DNA from: Eledone cirrhosa
Lineage: Eukaryota
DNA length: 64,000 bases
Assembly (NCBI GenBank): GCA_964016885.1
Contig: OZ024741.1
Location: 102,052,001 to 102,116,000 of the forward strand
Reading direction: 5' to 3'
The notes under the pieces are model-generated. The model was not told the DNA's origin, did not search any database, and saw only the letters and a list, made by a program, of their open reading frames with translations. The position numbers were made by a program, and so were the translations under genes. Of the stretch, positions 1 through 10,831 are shown in pieces. How positions within the stretch are numbered: the stretch's first letter is position 1; every line of letters begins with the position of its first letter.

Positions 1-365
1 GTGATTGACTATATATTATGTGTTCTTTTAACGAAATTTTAATCTGAATTAATGTGTACTTAGAAATGTGATGTACATATGATATCTGTTTTGGTTATAT
101 TACCAGTTTTTCACTAACATGGAGATAATACCAGGATTGGGAAGGGGAGGCTATATTTTACAATAGACTTGGACCTATTACTAATTTTGAAGGCCCACAT
201 TTCAAATTTGGCCTGGGTCTAATACTTTACCGTGGGCCTACTTTTAAGAATTGATCTTGACCCATTACCAGTTTTAGTGGCGTGCATATCTCAGCTCACA
301 TGGTCCTATTATTAGCTTTGTGTGCCTAAATTTCATCTCACTTGATTTGGGAGTCTATATTTCAT
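1..365 (+). repeat. Diverged copy of the A-type tRNA-array spacer
   Basis: gtgattgactatat...gaattaatgtgtacttagaaatgtg...ggacctattact aligns with 9011-9350; interrupted at ~370 by a GC-rich insertion. Confidence 0.85.
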
Positions 366-371
366 AACTGA

Positions 372-1010
372 CATGTCCTATGTGGATTCACAGTGGACTT
401 TTTCGGCCTCCACCCGCTTTCCTGTCACAGTGCCGACGGCCTCCTGCGCCATGCTGCCCTCAACGAACTCGTAAAGCATGGCTTGGATGCTGCAGGCTTC
501 CTCTCCCAGCTCGAGCCGGTGGGGCTGGACCGAGGGGACGGCAAAAGGCCAGACGGCATGACCATCTTCCCGTTCGGCGGTGGCAAACTCCTCGTCTGGG
601 ATGCCTCTTGCCACGACACTTTCTCCAGCTGCAACATGGTGCAGTCTGCGACTAACTCAGGTTCTGCTGCACGCCGGGCTGAGGAGGCCAAGCTCTCCAA
701 GTACAGTTCGCTCTCCGACAGGTTTGCGGTCCTTGGCCCTAGGGCTACTTCCCTACTCACCACCATAGGCGTTGAGCTGGCCAGCCGCAGGTGTGAGCCT
801 CGCGAGTTGGAATGGATCTTCCAGCGCATCTCCATTATCATCCTCCGGGGAAACGCCTTCTCCATTCTGTTCGTCGGGGCTGTGAGGAGGCCGGACGTGG
901 TACCCCATTTGCTCACCATACAGAGAGATGAGGAGGGCGAGAGATATGGAGGCGATGACAGTGGGAGTTCGGCTCTTCCACGTTCGGACCATATCCTTAT
1001 GGTTGAGTTC
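372..1010 (+). mobile_element. 5'-truncated CRE-like (restriction-like endonuclease) non-LTR retrotransposon fragment
   Basis: ORF 393..1046 has the C-terminal RLE signature: partial zinc knuckle (C..H..C), RH..LN, LEP, KRPDG, LVWD, AE..K..KY, FQRISIIILRGNA. GC-rich island in AT-rich DNA; no RT domain present; the usual 'P.A.ET' segment after KY appears deleted. Confidence 0.8.
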
Positions 1011-1023
1011 ATTATCTATAGAG

Positions 1024-1208
1024 CGGTGGATTGGCAATATCGGTAGAGGGTCGAATGTTATGATTTGTAGCATAGAGTTACGGCCCTTTGCGTTCTGAGT
1101 TCAAATCCAGCCAAGGTTAATTTTGCATTTCATTCTTAAGGGGCCGATAAAATAAAGTACTAGTAATATACTTGGGTAATTATTGGCCTTGTGCCAAAAG
1201 TAGAAACA
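1024..1208 (+). mobile_element. tRNA-derived SINE, near full length, with 13-bp TSD
   Basis: A-box-like TGGCAATATCGG, B-box GAGTTCAAATCC, core TTTCATTCTTAAGGGGCCGATAAAATAAAGTAC, tail GGCCTTGTGCCAAAAGTAGAAACA; ATTATCTATAGAG repeated at 1011-1023 and 1209-1221. Confidence 0.85.
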
Positions 1209-1829
1209 ATTATCTATAGAGTTCATTCTATTATTCAGACTTCCAATATGACTTATAGCCTAACGAACGCTTAAAACAAGTTTTAGGGGTTACTTTTAAC
1301 ATCCGACTTGAGACTATAACCAATTTCAGTATCCTACATTTCACAAATGACCTGTACCAATTATCTGCTTTGTTCGCCTACATTTTCAACTCGCCTGGTT
1401 ATTTTAGCCGATATCTTTAGGAGATGTGTCCTACATTTCACATCTCAACTGGGTGTATAGCCTGGTTTGTGTGGTGAAGTAGCAATGTCTGTACATTATG
1501 TTCATAATATTTTGTAGTATTAAATTAATTTCTGTTATGATAGCAGATGTTAGATCAAAGATTCACGTATACAATATAAATAAAGTCCGAACGCTAGTGT
1601 ATCTCAGTTGCACAATAATGCAACCACTAACGTTATAATTAATATGTATTAAAGTTTCCCTCGTGTAATTAAGATTTATATGATGTAAGTTTGTGCAAAT
1701 AAAAATCTATAATTAGATATCGTGGAGACTTCAGAACTTAAGGTTATTTCCTTAACACAACCAGTTTTGTACTTGAGGTAATTAAAGTAGATAAGATATA
1801 ATAAAGCAGCCCCGAAAAGATAATATTAT

Positions 1830-1946
1830 TATTTAAATCCCGCCGAGGTTGACTTTGCCTTTCATCCTTACGGGGTCGATAAAATAAAGTACCAGTAATG
1901 CACTGGGTTATTTGCTGGCCTTGTGCCTAAAGTAGAAACAATTATT
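1830..1946 (+). mobile_element. SINE, 5'-truncated copy
   Basis: TTTAAATCCCGCCGAGGTTGACTTTGCCTTTCATCCTTACGGGGTCGATAAAATAAAGTACCAGT...GTAGAAACAATTATT, same family as 1024-1208. Confidence 0.85.
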
Positions 1947-3042
1947 ATTTATTTTCCAACTGACCAGGTCTTATAACCAGCTTTATAGTCCAATATAACC
2001 AGTTGTTGGAGCCAACATCTCACATTTGACCTGACCGTTCAAAGATTCTCAGGTTGTAGGGGGTGGTGAGGATGCTATACAATTACCCGTTATTTTACTG
2101 ACTTTAGAGGTCTATATTAAACAGGTGACATGGGCCTATTACTAGTTTGGGTTTATATGAAGACAGAGAGTGCAAATACAAATCCATAATTGAGGTCGTG
2201 GAGACTTCATTCTCTGCGATTTCTAATTGAGAATATAAATTGTTATTTGCATTCACTTCATAAAATTATATATTATGTGTCAAACCGTGAATACATAGTT
2301 ATTGTAACGTTTAAGATTACATTCTGATGCAAGGGAGATAAACTTACATTCGGAATTATTTCATCTAATTATTTCTATACGTGAATCTTTAATGTAACGT
2401 AAACTATAGTACTGGGGAAAATATTTTGAACGTAGTGTACAGACAGACATTGCGATTTCATCGAACTTACAATCAAGACCGTGCAAACCAGGATATACGC
2501 CTAGGTGAGAGGTGAAATGTGGATACCAATGCTACTAATAGGCTCACGTCAGTTGTGAAATGTAGGTCCCCAAAATGGTAAAAGGGCTAGGTGAGTTTTG
2601 AAATATAGGCACATAAAGCTGATGATAAGACCAGTCCATTTGTGAAATGCAGGTTTCCGAAACTACTCATAAACTCAGAAAGCTTTTCAAATGTAGACTC
2701 AAAAAGAAGTAATAGGCCCAGGACAACTGTATGATGTACGCCCTCAAAATGGTACCAGGCTCACATCTGTTGCGAAATATAGGCCCACAGAGGTAGTATT
2801 ACAAACAAGTCATTTGAGAAGTGTAAAATCCAGAGCTGATTTGGATTAGGCTCAGGCAGAATATGAAATTAGACCCTATTTTCTGACTATCAATTATTAC
2901 AGGGTACACTTTGATTAATAATACATATATTAAATGGTCAATTACTTCTGAATCTACGAAATAGCTACTCCTCGCTTCATGAAGTAACCTTTCTAATTCC
3001 TTCAAAATATAATATTGTTGAACTAAAAAATGAAAAGAAATG

Positions 3043-3137
3043 TGCCCCAGGTGAGGATCGAACTCACGACCTTCAGATTCCTCCAAGTATTAATTATGAT
3101 TATGAGACTGACGCGCTGCCTACTGCGCTACCGAGGT
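3043..3137 (-). tRNA. tRNA-Met(CAT) elongator, 22-nt intron (3079-3100), G1A variant
   Basis: Reverse complement: ACCTCGGTAGCGCAGTAGGCAGCGCGTCAGTCTCATA[ATCATAATTAATACTTGGAGGA]ATCTGAAGGTCGTGAGTTCGATCCTCACCTGGGGCA; A1:C72 mismatch. Confidence 0.85.
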
Positions 3138-4139
3138 AACTGGCAGTTAAACTTATATTTAACTACATCAACACTACCACTTGCTAATTGCTATATTGTC
3201 AGCCAATGTACAATGTCTAAGACTTCAGTGTGTATATCTCATTAACTTTTAATTAGTGATATTTCGATAGCTGCTTCATTATATTTCATCTACTTTAATT
3301 ACCTATTAATTACACAACTAGCTGTAGTTTCATTCTTGTGCTAAAGAGATATCCATAAATTCTGAAAACTCCACAGTCTCTAATTATGGATTTTTATTTG
3401 CACTCACTTCAAATGTAGACTCCCAAAACCCGCGAGATAGTAAATGTAGCATACCCCAGCCCCCAAATAAATTTGGTCGTGAAGGCAATTCTCCAAAGAC
3501 AGTCGTGAAATAAAGGCCCCCTAAATTGGTATTAAAGGCCAGACAAAAAGGGAACTGGTGAGATGTGAAATGTAACACCCAGTCCATAAAGAAATATGCT
3601 AATATGACCTGGTGAAGTGTAAAATGTAGGCTACTGAAATTGATAATTGTCCCAGGTCAGACTTAAAACGTAATCACCAACACCTAGAAATAGGCCCACA
3701 TCTATTATGACATGTAGACTACCAAAATTCGTGAGATGTGAAAATTAGCACACCGTCAACCCCCAAATAAATCTACTGGTGATGGCATTCCTCCAAGGAG
3801 AATTGTGAAATAAAGGCCCCCCTATATTGATATTAAGGGCTAAATAGAATATTAAATGTAAGTCCCAATGCTGGTGTTTGGACGATGCCATATTTGAAAT
3901 AAAATCTCACAAAGCTGGAAATATGTCCAGGTCAATTGAAATTTAGTCACCAAAGTTGGTAATAAGTTGGGTGTAGTTGGTAAGTAGGAACCTAAAATTG
4001 GTAATATTCCAATGTCAATTTTTGAAATGTGGTCCCACTTAAGCTGATAAAAGGGCCAGCCCAGTTGTAAAATTTAGTCACACGAAACGGCTATTAACTC
4101 CAGGTTAGTTTTTAAATTTAGATACCCAAAGCTAATAAT

Positions 4140-4276
4140 TGCTTCTGCTTTTGGCACAAGGCAGCAATTACCCCAGTGCATTACTGGTACTTTATTTTAT
4201 CGACCCCGTAAGGATGAAAGGCAAAGTTAACCTCGGCGGGATTTAAACTCAGACCGTAAAGGGACGTAACTCTATG
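4140..4276 (-). mobile_element. SINE, 5'-truncated, with 13-bp TSD
   Basis: Reverse complement of the SINE core; CAAAGCTAATAAT (4127-4139) / CAAAGCTGATAAT (4277-4289); array units carry the single-copy empty site (ccattattagctttgggtg). Confidence 0.88.
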
Positions 4277-4463
4277 CAAAGCTGATAATGGAACAATGTG
4301 TGTTTCAAAATGAAGTCCAAATGTGAAATGTGGGCCCCCGAAACTAGTATATGGTCAATCACCACTTAATCTACAAAATATCTTCTCCTCGATTCATGAA
4401 ATGGGTTTCTAATGCCTTCACAAGATAATATTATAGAATTAAAAAATAAAATGAGAATGAATT

Positions 4464-4558
4464 TGCCCCAGACGAGGATCGAACTCACCACCTTCAGATT
4501 ACTCTAAGTATTATTAACTTTTATGAGATTGACGCGTTGTCTACTGCGCTACCGAGGG
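4464..4558 (-). pseudogene. tRNA-Met(CAT) pseudogene with 22-nt intron
   Basis: 95 nt, anticodon CAT kept, but G1C, G19A, G22A, G30A, C48G and altered T-stem relative to array copies. Confidence 0.8.
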
Positions 4559-4797
4559 AACTGGCAGCTCCACTTATATTTAACTACATCAACACTAACA
4601 CTTTCTAATTGTTATATTGTCAAACTATGTACGGCATATTTTACATCTCACCTGTTCTTATATCGTGATGTACAGTCATGATTGTAAATGCGGTGAAATA
4701 GCAATGTCTCTAAATGTCGTTCAAAATATTTTGTGGTGTTTAGTTAATTCCCTTTATGATAACATGTTATGTTACAGATTAACGTATATTAATTATT

Positions 4798-4894
4798 CGT
4801 GGTTAACTTTGCCTTTCATCCTTACGTGGTCGATAAAATAAAGTACCAGTAATACACTGGAATAATTACTGGCCTTGTGCCAAAAGTAGAAACA
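4798..4894 (+). mobile_element. SINE, 5'-truncated copy
   Basis: GGTTAACTTTGCCTTTCATCCTTACGTGGTCGATAAAATAAAGTACCAGT...GTAGAAACA; candidate TSD ATTAATTATT (4788-4797 / 4895-4904). Confidence 0.82.
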
Positions 4895-4944
4895 ATTAAT
4901 TATTATTACATGATTTACGATCTAAGGTTGTCGCCCTTATACTA

Positions 4945-5085
4945 TAATAATTTCTAATTTAGGCACATAGCTAGTAATTTTATGGAGAGAGTAAAAATCA
5001 ATTAAGTCGACCACAGTATCTTATTGATACTTTATTTTATCGACTAAAGCACGATGAGAGGCAAACTTGACATCGACGGGATTAG
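4945..5085 (-). mobile_element. Older/diverged SINE copy (related subfamily with longer 3' part)
   Basis: TACTTTATTTTATCGAC...GATGAGAGGCAAACTTGAC and TTTAGGCACA match the reverse complement of the SINE core and tail, with an extra ~25 bp between. Confidence 0.65.
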
Positions 5086-5371
5086 ATATCTCCCTAGCAC
5101 AATAATAAAACCATACAATTATGTCGTATTAACTGTCAGCAAATATAACTTATACTTAAATGAATTGAGTGCAAATAAAAAATAAACATCCTGTCTCCCA
5201 TGTATATACAATTAAAGATTGTAGACTACAGAACTTACGGTTATCTCCCTGGAACCTGACTTGTAATTAACGCGATTAACAAATAGATAAGTATAACGAA
5301 TTAGGTAAATATAACTCTAATTCAAAGAAAATTAGAAATTCACAGTACAGTGTAAGACACTGTACATGGAC

Positions 5372-7010
5372 ATACGTGATGATGGGCAGATATGGAAGTT
5401 TATTAAGGCTGGTGAAACATGGAAAAGAGATACCAGCTGGTCTGAAAACATTGTACCCACGACAACTGGCAATAAAAAAAACTGCAAAAACTCTGGGAAA
5501 CTAAATCAGATCAACCTGCCATCCCCTGCACATAATCATAGACAAATTGTTGTCCTTGAATGCACGTAGTCTATGCAATAAGATTCATCTTTTTGACTCC
5601 TACGTCAAAAGTATCAACTCTGATTTCAATACAGTCACGGAAATATTCCTTACTCTGTGATGGGGTTTTCAGCATAACTGGCTACAACTTGTTTCGTAAA
5701 GACCGCATTAATCGTCGTGATGGTGGTGTAATGGTCTACGTTCGGTCAAATTTTTCGGCAATTCCTTGTGTTGATTTGAACCAATCGTAGCAGGAAGTTT
5801 TTTTTGCGATATACGCATGACCATGTCATCACTGCTACTTGGAGTCGTTTACCGTCCTCCAAATTACCACCAGGACACTCAACTTTGTGACATCCTCAGA
5901 GTTGCTGCCAGGAAAACTGCCACTTATGTTTTTATTGCAGGGGACTTCACTCACCCTGAGATTGACTGGGAAACTTTTCGTTGGCCGCCAAGTGCAAATG
6001 ACTTCCTTGAGCTGGACTCGAACTGGTCCCAAGTAGTCAACTCCCCAACAAGAGGTGACAACACGTTGGACCTACTCTTCACCACTACTCCTGAAACGGT
6101 TATTAGTGTTACTACTGAGGAACCTTTAGGTGACTCTGATCATGCTATGATCATTGCCAATCTATCCCTCATGGGAAGTAACAAAAACCACAACCATCTC
6201 CAAACTGCTCACTTTCACTGGAATAAATCAGACTGGAACTGTTACTGCACCGAGTTGCAACGTCCAAACTGGCTTGAGTTCTACGACTCTGGGGATGTCA
6301 ACACTGTGCTCCAGAACATCCTGAGCTCAATGTGGACAGCATGTGCAGCATCGGTGCCACGTAAGCAGAAAAATATTCCAAAAGTGCAATTTGGGAGACT
6401 GCAGCAGTCCATCTTGCCATAAAAGAACGTCGTAATGCTGAACGTTAATACAAACTGAATAAATCAGATATCAATAGGAAGAATAAATCATCCAAGCATC
6501 TCAAACAGGTAACAAAAAAGGCAGTGCTTCAATTTGAGCAGCGCATAGCAACCAGCCCTGAGAGTAAGGTGTTCTGGAAGTAAGTTCACTCAAAGCAGAG
6601 GCCTCACTCTCCAGTTGGTCCTCTTCGCAATCCCCACACAAGCCAGGTTACTGACGACCCCAAGGAATGCGCAGAGCTCATTGCTGAATGCTATGCAGGC
6701 ATTTTCACTATTGAAGACCAGAGTGTACCCTCCACCTCCTCTGACACCGGATTCTATTACAACTATGGAATTTACACCTGCAATGCTGTGACGTTAAAAA
6801 TAAACGCAACCCTGCCTCTCCTGGTCTTGATGGTGTTACGTACCTGCTTCTCAAACGTGTTGGGTACTTCGTTTGCACCAGCTATCACTTTTCTTTCAAT
6901 TCTGTCTGAACAACAGTGCTACTCCAGAACAGTGGAACACTGCCAGTGTCATTCCTCTGTTCAAAAAGGGTGACTGCACATCACCTATGAACTATTGTCC
7001 AGTCAGTCTT
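5372..7010 (+). mobile_element. CR1/L2-group LINE fragment (AP endonuclease to start of reverse transcriptase), disrupted
   Basis: Motifs across frames from ~5547: LNARSL.NK, YNLFRKDR...GGVMVYV, GVVYRPP, GDF.HP.IDW, PTRGDNTLDLLFT, LGDSDH, FWK*, SPGLDG, VIPLFKKGD...NYCPVSL; stops and frameshifts; truncated before the RT core. Confidence 0.9.
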
Positions 7011-7576
7011 AATTAATTTTTTTTTTAGTTCAATTAATATTACCCACTGAAGGAATTAGCTTACTTCATGAATCGAGGATTAGACATTTCGTAGATTCAG
7101 ACATGATTGAGCATTTAAAATATGTATTATTAACCAAAGTATACATTGTATTAACTGTTAATCAGAAATAGGGCCTAATTTCGTATTGTGCATGAGTCTA
7201 TTCCAATTCAACTCTGGGTTTAACAATTCACGAATGAACTTCCGAATGTAAGTTTATCTCCCTTGCACCATAATGTAACCACACATGTTACAATAAATAT
7301 GTATTAACAGTTCCATATAGAATATATAATTTTAGTAAGTGCTAATAAATCTATAAACACAATTAGAGATCGCAAAGAATGCAGAATTTAAGGTTAGCTT
7401 CCCTTCACATGAAATTCAACCAGTTTCGTAATTAACAAAAAATTTAAGTAGATAACAGGTAATGAAGTAGTAAGGAAAAAGTTTATTAGAGATACACAAT
7501 GAAGTGTATTGGCTGATAACATAGCAATCAGCAAGTGACAGTGTCGATGTAGCTAAATAGTAGCAGAATTGTCGTT

Positions 7577-7654
7577 GCTTCGGTAGCGTAGTAGGCAGTT
7601 CGTCAGATCAAAATCTGAACCTGAATGTCGCGAGTTCGATACTCACCTGGAGCA
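7577..7654 (+). pseudogene. Degenerate tRNA-Met-derived pseudogene lacking the 22-nt intron and CAT anticodon
   Basis: GCTTCGGTAGCGTAGTAGGCAGTTCGTCAGATCAAAATCTGAACCTGAATGTCGCGAGTTCGATACTCACCTGGAGCA (78 nt) within recognisable array flanks. Confidence 0.75.
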
Positions 7655-8809
7655 GAATATTTTACATTTCATATTTTCTCATCTCCGTAATATTATCTTC
7701 TGAAAGGATTGGAAAACCTATTTCATGAAGCGAGGATAAAATATTTTTTAGATGCAGAAATGACTAAATATATATTATGTGTTCTGCTAACCAAAACGTA
7801 AACTAAATTAATAGCAGATAGCAATGAAGTTTAATGGCCCTTTTATTACCTTAAGTGGGACCACTTTTCAAAAACTACTTACCAACTAAAGCGGACCTAT
7901 TACCAACTTTGGTGTCTAAATATCAAGTGACATGGGAGATTCGATTTCAAATTTGGCCTGGTCCAAACACCAGCTTTGGGGACCGAGATTTAATATTTTA
8001 TTTGGCCCTTAATATCATTTTAAGGTGCCGATATTTCACAACTGTCCCTGGAGGAATTCCATCACCAGTAGATTTATGCTGCCAATTTATGTTTACGGTG
8101 TGCTAATTTTCCCATCTCACGAGTTTTGGTAGTCTACATTTGATAATAGATTCGGGCCTATTCCTAGATTATGGAGGTTACGTTTTACATCTGACCTGGG
8201 ACGATTATCAATTCCTGTAGCCTACATTTTACACTTCACCTGGTCATATAAGCAGATTTCTTTACGGAGTAGGTGTACACTTCACTTCTCATCTGGGCCT
8301 ATATTCTGATTTGCATGGGCTTAATTATAAATACGGTGAAATAGCCTGATTCGTGCGTGTGTGTGTCTGTGATAGGGTGGGCCTCTACATATCAATATTT
8401 GTCTGGTCTTTAATACCAATTTAGGAGGCTTATAATTCAGGACTGTCCTTGGATAATTGCCTTCACCACGAAATTTATTTAGGGGCTGTGGGTATGCTAT
8501 ATTAAATATCTCACGGGTTTTGTGAGTCTACATTTGAAGTGAGAGCAAATAAAATTCCATAATTATAGACCGTGGAACTTTTAGAATTTATGGTTATCTC
8601 CTTAGCACAAGAATGAAAGTACAACTAGTTTTTTTACTTAACAGATAATTAAAGTAGATAAGATATAATAGAGCAGCTATCGAAATATCTCTAATTAAAC
8701 GTTAATGAGAGATACACATTGAAATCTTGGACATTGTACATTGGCTGACGTTATAGCAATTAGCAAGTGGTAGTGTTGATGTATTAAAATATAAGAAGAA
8801 CTGTTAGTT

Positions 8810-8904
8810 GCCTCGGTAGCGCAGTAGGCAGCGCGTCAGTCTCATAATCAAAAGTAATACTTGGAGGAATCTGAAGGTCGTGAGTTCGATCCTCACCTGG
8901 GGCA
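8810..8904 (+). tRNA. tRNA-Met(CAT) elongator, 22-nt intron, A-type
   Basis: GCCTCGGTAGCGCAGTAGGCAGCGCGTCAGTCTCATA[ATCAAAAGTAATACTTGGAGGA]ATCTGAAGGTCGTGAGTTCGATCCTCACCTGGGGCA; 73-nt cloverleaf after splicing, G1:C72, T31/T39 and TTCGA loop as in eukaryotic elongator Met. Confidence 0.95.
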
Positions 8905-9800
8905 CAGTTATTTTGATCTTACTATTTTTTTGTGAGGTTCAATATTATCTTATAAAGGGATTAGAAAGCCATTTCATAAATCGAGTATGAGATATTTCGT
9001 AGATTCAGAAGTGATTGACTATATACACTCTGTTCTTTTAACCAAATTCTACACTGAATTAATGTGTACTTAGAAATGTGGTGTACATATGATATCTGTT
9101 TTGGTTATATTACCAGTTTTTCACTAATAACACGGAGATAATACCGGCATTGTGAGGGGGAAGCTATATTTTACAATAGACTTGGACCTATTACTAGTTT
9201 CGGGGACCCACATTTTACATGTGGCCTGGGTCTAATACCCTACTTGTGGGCCTACATTTAAGAATTGATCTTGACTTACTACAAGCTTTAGCGGAGTTCA
9301 TTTCTTAGCTCATATAGGTGCTATTATTAGCTTTGTCGGTCTAAATTTCAGAACAAAACTAGAGCTAGTAGCCGTTTCATGAGACTTGATTTCAGAAATG
9401 GGCTGGCCCTTTTATCAGCGTAAGTGGGTCCACATTTCAAAAATTGACATTGGTATATTACCAATTGTAGGTACCTACATATCCAACTACACCCGTCTTA
9501 TTACCAACTTCGGTGTCTAAATTTCAATTGATCTGGGAGAATCTATTTCAAATTTGGTCTGGTCCAAACACCAGTATTTGGGGACCTACGGTTCACATTT
9601 TATCTGGCCCTTAATATCAATTTAGGGGTCCCATATTTCACAACTATCCCTGGAGGAATGCCATCACCAGTAGATTTACTTTGGGGTTGACGGTGTGCTA
9701 ATTTTCACAATGAAGTCTTGGACATTGTACCTTAGCTGACATTATAGCAATTACCACGTGATAGTATTGATGTAGTTAAATATAAGTAGAGCTTCCAGTT

Positions 9801-9895
9801 ACCTCGGTAGCGCAGTAGGCAGCGCGTCAGTCTCATAATCAAAAGTAATTTTTGGAGGAATCTGAAGGTCGTGAGTTCGATCCTCACCTGGGGCA
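9801..9895 (+). tRNA. tRNA-Met(CAT), intron, B-slot, G1A variant
   Basis: Starts ACCTCGG; intron ATCAAAAGTAATTTTTGGAGGA; C66. Confidence 0.85.
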
Positions 9896-10797
9896 CATTT
9901 ATTTTGATTTTCATTATTTTTTTTGTGGGGTTAAATATTATCTTCTAAAGGCATTAGAAAGCCTTTTTCATGAATCGAAGAGGAGATATTTCGTAGATAC
10001 AGAAGTGATTAACAATATACAAAACCATATACTAGGTTTGGGGGTCCACATTTCACATTTGGCCTGTGTCTAAAACCATACTTGTCGGCCTATGTTTAAG
10101 AACTGATCTTGACACATTACCAGTTTTAGCGGAGTTTCATTTCTAAACACTCATGGTTCCATTATTAGCTTTGGGTGTCTAAATCTCAGAACTAACCTGG
10201 AGCTATTAACCATTTCTGTGACTAGATTTCACAATTGGGCTGGCCCGTTTATCAGCGTAAGAAGGTCCACATTTCAAAAATGACATTGGAATATTACGAA
10301 TTTTAGGTTTCTAGCCCAACTAAACCGGAATTATTACCAACTTTGGTGTCTAAATTTCAATAGACCTGTAAATATTTCCAGCTTTGGGAGATTAGATTTC
10401 AAATGTTGTCTGGTCCAAACACCAGCTTTGGGGACCTACATTTAATATTTTATTTGGCCCTTAATATCAATTCAGGGTGCCGATATTTCACAACTGTCCC
10501 TGGAGTAATGCCATCACTAGTAAATTTATTTTGGGGTTGACGGTGTGCTAATTTTCACATCTCACGAGTTTTGGTAGTCTACATTTGATAATAGATTCGG
10601 GCCTATTCCTAAGTTATGGAGGTTACGTTTTACATCTGACCTGGGACGATTATCAATTTCTGTAGCCTACATTTTACACTTCACCTGGTTATATAAGCAG
10701 ATTTCTTTACGAAATGGGTGTACACTTCACTTCTCATCTGGGCCTATATTCTGGTTTGCATGGGCTTAATTATAAATACGGTGAAATAGCCTGATTC

Positions 10798-10831
10798 GTG
10801 CGTGTGTGTGTGTGTAGGGGGGGGGGGGGGG
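10798..10831 (+). repeat. (GT)n(G)n compound microsatellite, one per dimer (example)
   Basis: gtgcgtgtgtgtgtgtgtaggggggggggggggg; length and interruptions vary between units. Confidence 0.9.

Larger units (their letters stand above)
2209..4622 (-). repeat. Inverted block of array-derived sequence containing two tRNA-Met copies
   Basis: Spacer motifs and tRNAs read on the minus strand here (e.g. 2320-2355 is the reverse complement of ~7240-7280); flanks on both sides are in + orientation. Breakpoints approximate. Confidence 0.75.

Noticed and set aside
425-1012. 195-aa minus-strand ORF and other overlapping ORFs at 378-1073
   Set aside because: Shadow frames of the GC-rich retrotransposon fragment; no recognisable motifs.
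5817-6422. 201-aa ORF as a host endonuclease gene
   Set aside because: Part of a frameshifted LINE ORF2 continuing into RT-proximal motifs.
8810-8904. tRNA copies as SINE heads, or the insert as a long variable arm
   Set aside because: Complete cloverleaf followed by an oligo-T terminator with no tail or TSD; insert lies at 37/38, not in the variable loop.
9801-9895. Initiator tRNA-Met because of A1
   Set aside because: C72 rather than T72, TTCGA T-loop, and no three G:C pairs in the anticodon stem; it is a G1A elongator variant.
9732-10073. Short ORFs overlapping tRNA genes (also 2799-3245, 36337, 55674, 58154, 60587, 63065)
   Set aside because: Translations of the tRNA sequence or its antisense (VPQVRIELTTF); not kept open across units.
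10025-10760. CRISPR-like periodicity
   Set aside because: No identical repeats with unique spacers, no cas genes, eukaryotic context; it is a degenerate minisatellite.
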